A stretch of DNA of 41,378 nucleotides from positions 1-41,378 of IMG/VR virus record IMGVR_UViG_3300005980_000006; one strand, 5' to 3'. The position numbers were made by a program, and so were the translations under genes. The first letter of the stretch is position 1. Every line of letters starts with the position of its first letter. The notes beneath the pieces are model-generated. The model was not told the DNA's origin and did not search any database. It worked only from the letters and a program-made list of their open reading frames with translations. Positions 36,301 through 41,378 of this stretch are shown here, one piece after another. This DNA comes from a virus. Its lineage: Duplodnaviria; Caudoviricetes.

Positions 36301-36381
36301 AATGCTTTTATTTTGTCTGTTGCTTCGGCTGCACTTGCCGCTGGGACGACGTATGTATGGAACATAACTGTAATTCAATAA
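33343..36381 (+). CDS. Tail fibre/tailspike with pectate-lyase-like beta-helix (candidate depolymerase)
   Basis: MAWYKTGTVSVT anchor, Ala/Ser/Thr stalk, DFLADPTG...LQAA...GGVIRIPPGTY beta-helix cap. Confidence 0.85.
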   Translation: MAWYKTGTVSVTQGSDAVQGAGTDFVSNTAKGNGFVGPDGVVYEIDQIIDLQTLHLAKQYGGVTAQGAAYSIMPTQAYIQQLTQSASALLNTFGSFRDDYLAGDLVGKGLQLKGVLSSSAQLPSSPAVGDAYLLNASIYGWNGISWNDQSIKGDQGVPGDVTPTYLAMGSQVANDAQQTSADRAATSQNAQTASAAAITATSQATLATTKASIASDAANAASVAASSLVSALSSFRSVFIGDLPSAPTVDGNGNPLQPGVEYFDTTKNKLQIYTNSAWGDYDQTAQAATNNAALSASNAASSAALAQSQAAAATASQASATASAVSATSSAATATTDAGIATVQAQIATAEAVAAASAASTATTVVAKITGVNGAQAIPYQSPLPASVPTNVYAKLQNISVDVVADFLADPTGASSSLASLQAASDALKVIGGVIRIPPGTYIVEKPVLLWPGVSIDGPGAAAAAIVKTTNSPGIGSIKSPNGYSGGVLSLESYAVDSIISIVAPDNSYAYNTKISNITLKRSSYSGSTSYGIYAPRLSHAEFGSLLIQNVGVGIFSYNSWMCHFRRITCQAVNRGFYWQNDGSGSGAGTSTTFEACWVNFDNTVAQPIVGFDIFGLTYSAMIGCGCDNGIQSGSSTTPVVAYSFNSCAGIHLVACATENLNGTPIASYSSTITVTSFRTGSITGAVGANTAATIIADSNSKMTLIGCSFYPTTTASSTYYNWLIQNGASVIEINPGLSPTGGNTFTSYSGGASKTTILNGVTTVSTSIGSCTSGKAIDNTPIGSTTPSSVAATTVSATTSYAISPGSGAWGASYKGLQVGNGAFVVSGVVPLVAANYYNNGFGDIYSTSAAASRYYQSNGTHYFAFASVGTVGNPVIWSVPYQLGPNLSILNVPVQVGQLLGGGGTPAITTGVGLGTNGTCSVAGTSTAMTLTANVGTAPTAGWFATVTFSIPYAAAPRVMISPANAAAAALTGGQAIYTYLVTTNAFILSVASAALAAGTTYVWNITVIQ

Positions 36382-36404
36382 TTGATAAAAAGTGATTGTT
36401 CATC

Positions 36405-36427
36405 GCCCCGCATATGCGGGTTTTTTT
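36405..36427 (+). terminator. Terminator
   Basis: CCCGCATATGCGGG plus T7. Confidence 0.7.
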
Positions 36428-36444
36428 ACGCCTAAAGGTTCACG

Positions 36445-36618
36445 ATGAGAGAGTTTCGCGCATTTTTGTTGGGGGTATCGCTAAGTACTTTTATAACCAT
36501 TGCGTCGTTTGAGGTTACGGCTAACCTTTTTTACTTGTGGTTGGTGTTCGCAGTTGGGGTTTGTAGTGCCAGTGCAGTTTATTACATTAACGAGATCATG
36601 GAGGATCGGGATGGCTGA
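36445..36618 (+). CDS. Small 2-TM protein, candidate holin/antiholin (57 aa; not in ORF track)
   Basis: AAAGG RBS; MREFRAFLLGVSLSTFITIASFEVTANLFYLWLVFAVGVCSASAVYYINEIMEDRDG. Confidence 0.6.
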   Translation: MREFRAFLLGVSLSTFITIASFEVTANLFYLWLVFAVGVCSASAVYYINEIMEDRDG

Positions 36619-36787
36619 TAAAAGTGAGGAAAAGCGCGTATACAAAGAGGCACTTAAAGAAGTGCTAGAGGAATGGCTTGATAAGCAGTTTGCGTTGTTC
36701 GGCAAGTGGACTGTCACTGGGTTGGTAGCCATGGCATTTGCCGGCGCGGTTTATTTAGCGCTAGCAGGTCAAGGGTGGCACAAATGA
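36611..36787 (+). CDS. Small 1-TM protein, candidate holin (start MADKSE)
   Basis: GGAGG RBS; C-terminal TM; coupled to the endolysin. Confidence 0.7.
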   Translation: MADKSEEKRVYKEALKEVLEEWLDKQFALFGKWTVTGLVAMAFAGAVYLALAGQGWHK

Positions 36788-37320
36788 CACTCGATCAATT
36801 ACATCAAATTTACAAGCTCGCCGGAAAACGTTGCGAGCTTTTTTTTGATCCTCTCACGAAAGCAATGGTGCAATTCGAAATCAACACGCCATTGCGCCAG
36901 TCTGCGTTTCTTGCCCAGGTAGGCCATGAAAGCGCGCAACTTTTTTACACGCAAGAGCTGGCCAGCGGTCAGGCGTATGAGGGGCGAAAGGATCTGGGGA
37001 ACACGCAGAAGGGGGATGGTGTTCGTTATAAAGGCCGTGGTCTTATTCAGATCACCGGTCGCGATAATTACGTCGATGTCATGATCGATCTCGATGTCGA
37101 TTGCGTCGAGCATCCTGAATTACTAGAGCAGCCGGAACTTGCGGCGCGGTCTGCTGCTTGGTTTTGGAAAAAACACGGACTCAATGAACTGGCTGACGAC
37201 CAGCTTTTCACTGAGATTACAAAACGAATCAATGGAGGGCTTAACGGTCAAGCAGATCGCTTGGCATTATACGCACGAGCAAGGCTCGTTTTATTAACTA
37301 ATGGAGGAAAAGATGTTTGA
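36784..37320 (+). CDS. Endolysin, glycoside hydrolase family 19 (start MTLDQ)
   Basis: FLAQVGHES, YKGRGLIQITGRDNY, ITKRINGGLNG. Confidence 0.95.
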   Translation: MTLDQLHQIYKLAGKRCELFFDPLTKAMVQFEINTPLRQSAFLAQVGHESAQLFYTQELASGQAYEGRKDLGNTQKGDGVRYKGRGLIQITGRDNYVDVMIDLDVDCVEHPELLEQPELAARSAAWFWKKHGLNELADDQLFTEITKRINGGLNGQADRLALYARARLVLLTNGGKDV

Positions 37321-37747
37321 AAAATTCTCAGCTTTTATTGGGCTGTTTCGAAAAGGTCAGGAGATTGCAAATGTCGATGTGTGGAAGTCCGGTGGAATCT
37401 CTGCGGCGGCATTGTCTGCTTTTATTCTTGCGATTGTGTCTGTTGCAAGCGCATTCGGAAAAGAAATTCCGATTTCTGCTGATCAGGCAAACGCTATTGC
37501 TGCTGGGATTATTGCAGTCGTTGGCGTCGTGCTCCCTGTTATCACTTCAAAGCGAGCCGGCATCTTGCCAGCGACACCTGGGCAATCAGCTAGCCCAGTC
37601 GATCAACCAAAGCCAGACGATGTGTCAACAGTGGCAACGCCAACAGCAACCGCAGCAAAACAATCAACTTCAGTGTCGCCACTCCGTCAAGCTGCTGACG
37701 GTTCGGTCATCGACACCAGCTGGGAGCAAACCTACCGAGGTGGGTGA
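37313..37747 (+). CDS. 2-TM membrane protein of the lysis cassette (start MFEKF)
   Basis: GGAGG RBS; two hydrophobic helices, Pro/Thr-rich tail. Confidence 0.7.
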   Translation: MFEKFSAFIGLFRKGQEIANVDVWKSGGISAAALSAFILAIVSVASAFGKEIPISADQANAIAAGIIAVVGVVLPVITSKRAGILPATPGQSASPVDQPKPDDVSTVATPTATAAKQSTSVSPLRQAADGSVIDTSWEQTYRGG

Positions 37748-37778
37748 AGAATTTCGGCAGTTCATCGCCGTATTTGTT

Positions 37779-37803
37779 GGCTCCATTGATGGAGCCTTTT
37801 TTT
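37779..37803 (+). terminator. Terminator
   Basis: GGCTCCAT-tg-ATGGAGCC plus T7. Confidence 0.7.
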
Positions 37804-37834
37804 CGTCTGAATGTCAATTTTAAGAAAGCTAATC

Positions 37835-38323
37835 ATGAATATTTTATTAATTATTCAATCCTTTATTTCTATTTTCCAAGCTCTCACAAGTCTGATGCCA
37901 CAGGGATCCACGCAAGAGAAGTTTGAAGCGACGATTGTCGGTGTGCAGGGGATTTTCGGTGACATTGCGCACTTGTTGCCCGCTTTGTCGGGGCTGGCGA
38001 CTTCTGTCGACGCGGCTCTGGCTGCACCTGGATCAGTGGGTGGGATTGATTACAAATTGCTTGTGGGGACCTCAATGAACCTCATTAAGAATGTTGAAGA
38101 GTTGATGCCGGCATCACCAGGTGAACAGAAATTTAATGCGGTGGTGTCTGGATTGAGTGTGCTGGTGGGTGATGTCTCGTCATTCATTCCGCAGCTCAAA
38201 GTATTCGCTACGTCGGCGGTCAATGCGCTGCGCGCTGCGGATGTATTTAATGCGTCGCTTGTTACTCCAGATGCGGCGGCTGTGCGTGCTGGTGATGTGC
38301 GCCAAGTGCAGACATCCGTATAG
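37835..38323 (+). CDS. Amphipathic helical protein with internal duplication (start MNILL)
   Basis: Two copies of LMP...KF.A.......GD.....P.L...ATS. Confidence 0.7.
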   Translation: MNILLIIQSFISIFQALTSLMPQGSTQEKFEATIVGVQGIFGDIAHLLPALSGLATSVDAALAAPGSVGGIDYKLLVGTSMNLIKNVEELMPASPGEQKFNAVVSGLSVLVGDVSSFIPQLKVFATSAVNALRAADVFNASLVTPDAAAVRAGDVRQVQTSV

Positions 38324-38377
38324 ACACGTTGCGGTAATACTGAGTAACGTGTGTTGCTCAGTGACTTTTCTTACATT

Positions 38378-38452
38378 TTATTAATTATTAAGTATTTTTT
38401 TGACAAAAAAGAAAATATGATTAAATATACAGAAATTAAATTTTTAATATCT
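38378..38452 (+). promoter_or_regulatory. AT-rich putative moron promoter
   Basis: Perfect TTGACA at 38400-38405 in a very AT-rich tract; -10 ambiguous. Confidence 0.5.
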
Positions 38453-38469
38453 AAATGTGGGGTTTTGTG

Positions 38470-39330
38470 ATGGGAAGGAAAATAAATTTTGACGTGTCAG
38501 GCGTCAACATACGTGTTCACACTGTGCATGAGCCTTTGGAATACGTGGCGTTGTGGGAGGCAATGAATAAAACCCGCTCATATATCGTCCATGCAAATAA
38601 CGCTTTAATGATTGGTGATTTGAGGTACGCTGATAAAGATGATCCTCATGGTTTGATTTTAGGCAATTTTTATCGATTTCTTGAAGTCGATCTTGAAAAC
38701 CCTTGGTTTGATATTGATAAGCATAAAAAAGCTGCAGAGGAAGATGTTGATAAGGTCAAAATACCCGTCGCGCTAAAGCCTAATTTAACTGAAATACCTT
38801 ATGTTTTTAATCCTAAAACACATCAGTTATATTTTGTATCCAAATCATCATTGGCTTCTGCATCACCACATTTAGTGCATAAATTGCTTTCCGCAATATG
38901 TCAAAAGCGTGAGATTTCAGACAAATTTAATAAGGTTGACCTTACGATTCTCACTGATAAGGGTAAAGTCGAGGAAATGTTAAATTGGCCGGAGATTAGA
39001 AATCTTTCGATTAAGATAGAGCGGCCAAATCCAGTTGATCAAGATGATGAGCGCGCGGTTTATGACCGCTTGCGCGCGCGGCGGTTGGAGTCAGAGACGA
39101 CTATATATAAAAAGGCGTCAGGTGAGTCGAGTATAATTCCTGACGAAGAGATGAAGGCTCGTGCAAGAATTGCTGCAAATAATGGATTGGTTGAGGTAAG
39201 CGGGAAGAATTTACAGCGCGTTTCTGACAAGGCAAGTTCATCTGATTTCCCGCTTAAACTTAAAGGGATTTACGATAGTAAGCTTCAACCTTTATTGGAC
39301 GCACTGAAAGCAGTTATTTTAAATATTTAG
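38470..39330 (+). CDS. DUF4747-like protein
   Basis: Recalled family pattern (NIRVH...Y..L, PWFD, P.LKPN, I.RPNP, A..NG.V.V.G); AT-rich moron. Confidence 0.7.
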   Translation: MGRKINFDVSGVNIRVHTVHEPLEYVALWEAMNKTRSYIVHANNALMIGDLRYADKDDPHGLILGNFYRFLEVDLENPWFDIDKHKKAAEEDVDKVKIPVALKPNLTEIPYVFNPKTHQLYFVSKSSLASASPHLVHKLLSAICQKREISDKFNKVDLTILTDKGKVEEMLNWPEIRNLSIKIERPNPVDQDDERAVYDRLRARRLESETTIYKKASGESSIIPDEEMKARARIAANNGLVEVSGKNLQRVSDKASSSDFPLKLKGIYDSKLQPLLDALKAVILNI

Positions 39331-39334
39331 CAAA

Positions 39335-39937
39335 ATGACTAAAAATGATGAAGTAAAAAGTAATCTTCAGATTTTGGTGATGGCTTGGAAAATTACCGGG
39401 GGTTGGAAAGCTGTTGTTTTCTCCGCTGATTTTTGGGTCTCCATTTTTATATGGGTGTTGTGTGCTCCATATTGGGTGAGTTTTCCATGGTGGGACCAGG
39501 TTATTTCGGTTTTTCCAAATGTTCTGGGTTTTACTTTGGGTGGATTTGCAATTTTTTTAGGGTTTGGAAGTGAGTCATTTAAAAGGGTTCTATCGCACGA
39601 AGATGAGATGAAATCGCCATACCTTAGTGTTAGTGCAGCTTTCCTAATATTTTTATTCTTTCAAATCATAACGCTACTATACGCATTCGTTGCAAAATCG
39701 CTGCATATTCCCACCCCACTGTGTTTATCTCCTTATCTTGAGTGGATAAATAAAGCAGAAGTGATCTCGTCGGGCATTGGTTACTTCTTGTCTGTTTATA
39801 GCCTTAATTTAGCGTTTAAGGCTGGAATGAGAGTGTTCAGATTAAGCCGTTGGTATCATGCTTTAATTAATGTTGAGATAGCAGAGGATAAGGTTAAAGC
39901 CGCGGCTAGTGCTTCGACAAAAAACAGCGCAGTGTGA
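39335..39937 (+). CDS. Multi-pass (about 4 TM) membrane protein, partner of the DUF4747-like gene
   Basis: WWDQVISVFPNVLGFTLGGFAIFLGFG motif; 4-nt gap to the upstream gene. Confidence 0.8.
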   Translation: MTKNDEVKSNLQILVMAWKITGGWKAVVFSADFWVSIFIWVLCAPYWVSFPWWDQVISVFPNVLGFTLGGFAIFLGFGSESFKRVLSHEDEMKSPYLSVSAAFLIFLFFQIITLLYAFVAKSLHIPTPLCLSPYLEWINKAEVISSGIGYFLSVYSLNLAFKAGMRVFRLSRWYHALINVEIAEDKVKAAASASTKNSAV

Positions 39938-39954
39938 TCTTTAAGTTTTTGCTA

Positions 39955-40081
39955 TGCTGTCATTTTGTTGTCATTTCAGTGCAAAAACAGCCCCAAATAA
40001 CCCCATTTAATGACAGGTTTAAAATCATAAGTCATTGATTTTAAATGATATTATGGTGTGGTCGGCGGGAATCGAACCCCC
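39955..40081 (-). other. att-like site: tRNA 3'-end fragment, IHF site and arm-type repeats
   Basis: Minus strand GGTTCGATTCCCGCCGACCACACCA (40078-40054); AATCAATGACTTA (40040-40028) fits WATCAANNNNTTR; TGYTGTCATTT tandem 39955-39976 and inverted partial copy 40009-40016. Confidence 0.7.
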
Positions 40082-40084
40082 GGT

Positions 40085-41107
40085 CTATGGCAGTATAGTG
40101 TGCAAGTCTTTCGCTTTTAATTGCACGTACCTGCTCAGCATTTTCCAGCTTCGGTGTCCGGATATGAGTGCTACTTGTTCGATTCTGTATCCCTTTTCAA
40201 ATAACCGGCTAATCCCCTCGTGGCGAAGATCGTGAAAGCGCAGATCTTCAATTTTGAGTGCCTTGCATGCTCTCGGGAATAATGATGACGGTGTGTTTGG
40301 GTTGCCGGGGAAGATCAACGGTTCGTCAGGGATGCGTGGTTGCGCCATCAAGATGTCGTAGCTAGTTCCTAGTAATGGTACTTCCTGATTGTTTCCTATT
40401 TTTTGAGTAGGATGTTTTCTATCTCTGATTATGATGGTTTTATTTTCGTGATCTATATCGTCCCATCTTAGATTTAGTATCTCACCTTGGCGCATGGCGG
40501 TTTCAATAGCAAAAAGGATGAGAGATTCCATCGGAACCTTTTGACGAACCTTCGTCGTGAAGTAAAGGCAGATGTCATCAATTTCCTTTTGCGTTGGGCG
40601 GCGTTCGCGTTCCGCTGATTTTTTTGACACGCCTATATATTTGAGGCTGGCAGCTGCCTTTGATGTTATTTCTATATCAATTGGAATTTTCCAAAGTTCT
40701 TTCACAATGCGAAGTACAGTGCCCAGATGTGCAAGGTCAACGAGAATCGTCGGACCCTTAACAGTTTTTGCGCGGGCGTGAGCCCAAGTTGTTAGCAATT
40801 CTTCCGTTAAGGCATCGAGAGATAAATTACCATAGAGCTTTTTCCAATATTTGAGGGACGTTTCCTTCGTTCTGCCGATCGGAGTGAGTGACGCAATCTC
40901 TGTTAGGTAGCGATCAATAACTTTTCCCAAGGTAAATCCAGCCAAGCTTCGGATATCTTTGAATGACATTGCATCAATACTAGCTTCGACTTCCCGCGCC
41001 CAGGCGAGTGCTAAAGACTTTGTTTTGAATGACTTGGTGATAGACTTATGGCCTTTGCGGCGAATGTCCGCGACCCACGAGCCATTTCGTTGACGGATTG
41101 ATGCCAT
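40085..41107 (-). CDS. int: Tyrosine integrase, dusA-associated type
   Basis: TAMRQGEI, RKHP, FHDLRHEG, SGHRSWKMLSRY; divergent from dusA. Confidence 0.95.
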   Translation of the reverse strand: MASIRQRNGSWVADIRRKGHKSITKSFKTKSLALAWAREVEASIDAMSFKDIRSLAGFTLGKVIDRYLTEIASLTPIGRTKETSLKYWKKLYGNLSLDALTEELLTTWAHARAKTVKGPTILVDLAHLGTVLRIVKELWKIPIDIEITSKAAASLKYIGVSKKSAERERRPTQKEIDDICLYFTTKVRQKVPMESLILFAIETAMRQGEILNLRWDDIDHENKTIIIRDRKHPTQKIGNNQEVPLLGTSYDILMAQPRIPDEPLIFPGNPNTPSSLFPRACKALKIEDLRFHDLRHEGISRLFEKGYRIEQVALISGHRSWKMLSRYVQLKAKDLHTILP

Positions 41108-41115
41108 AGTTTCCC

Positions 41116-41141
41116 TAATTTCTCCGTAATTTCTCCGTAAT
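41116..41141. repeat. Tandem 11-bp repeat TAATTTCTCCG, probable integrase arm-binding sites
   Basis: Two exact copies plus a partial one between int and dusA. Confidence 0.6.
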
Positions 41142-41198
41142 GGGTTCGTAAAATAGCATAATATTGATTAAGTTTAAATAAGATTGTAAGTTTTAAAA

Positions 41199-41378
41199 AT
41201 GAAGCCTGTCATAGAGAAAAGCCCCGTATTGCCACCTAGACGGGTTTCTGTTGCCCCGATGCTCGATTGGTCAGATCGCCATTGTCGCGAATTCCACCGT
41301 CATATTACTCGCCATACTTGGTTGTATACCGAGATGGTGACGACGGGTTCATTGTTGCATGGCGATGTTCAACGCCAT
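41199..41378 (+). CDS. dusA: tRNA-dihydrouridine synthase A, 5' part (truncated by window edge)
   Basis: Manual translation [60 protein letters not shown]. Confidence 0.93.
   Translation, partial: MKPVIEKSPVLPPRRVSVAPMLDWSDRHCREFHRHITRHTWLYTEMVTTGSLLHGDVQRH

Larger units (their letters stand above)
134..41378. mobile_element. Lambdoid (cos-type, long non-contractile tail) prophage adjoining dusA; exact ends not established
   Basis: Complete ordered modules: xis-like, immunity, replication, terminase, portal, capsid, tail, lysis, integrase next to a dusA 5' end. Confidence 0.93.

Noticed and set aside
29570-36381. Diversity-generating retroelement or invertible tail cassette
   Set aside because: No reverse transcriptase or invertase, and no template/variable repeat pair noticed by eye
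14959-37113. Numerous antisense and alternate-frame ORFs over structural genes
   Set aside because: Shadow ORFs without RBS or motifs, fully overlapping well-supported genes
37317-37823. Embedded Rz1-like lipoprotein in the +1 frame
   Set aside because: TTG start, no adequate hydrophobic signal before the Cys, Gln-rich shadow composition, and it runs through a terminator
40054-40130. Complete tRNA gene on the minus strand
   Set aside because: Only T-loop, acceptor 3' strand and CCA are present; upstream is integrase coding sequence with no D or anticodon arm
41365-41378. Terminal repeat with window start (GATGTTCAACGCC vs GATGTGAACGCC at 45-56)
   Set aside because: Short, imperfect and explained by unrelated coding sequences (dusA and tnpB)

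Overview
Nearly complete temperate lambdoid siphovirus-type prophage, probably from a betaproteobacterium (Oxalobacteraceae-like; inferred from the HTH family at 3709-4095). From left to right: the 3' end of an IS200/IS605 tnpB element inserted at the stop codon of an excisionase-like gene; a leftward early operon (small ORFs, Eaa-like, ParB-like); an unusual immunity region (lipoprotein, LysR regulator, small ORF, two paralogous repressors without a peptidase domain, cro); CII-like gene, primase-helicase, iteron origin and Q-like gene; a structured non-coding region; a cos site; lambda-type head genes; tail genes with a -1 frameshift chaperone and a depolymerase-like tailspike; a lysis cassette without recognisable spanins; an AT-rich two-gene moron (DUF4747-like plus membrane protein); a tRNA-3'-like att relic; a tyrosine integrase; and the divergent 5' end of dusA. 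The best candidates for new biology are (1) a LysR / small-ORF / dual-repressor switch that may allow ligand-controlled, SOS-independent induction, (2) the DUF4747-membrane pair as a candidate anti-phage system, (3) a multi-junction RNA between two terminators, and (4) two incompatible attachment architectures around one integrase. All family assignments come from motif recognition by eye; no searches were run.
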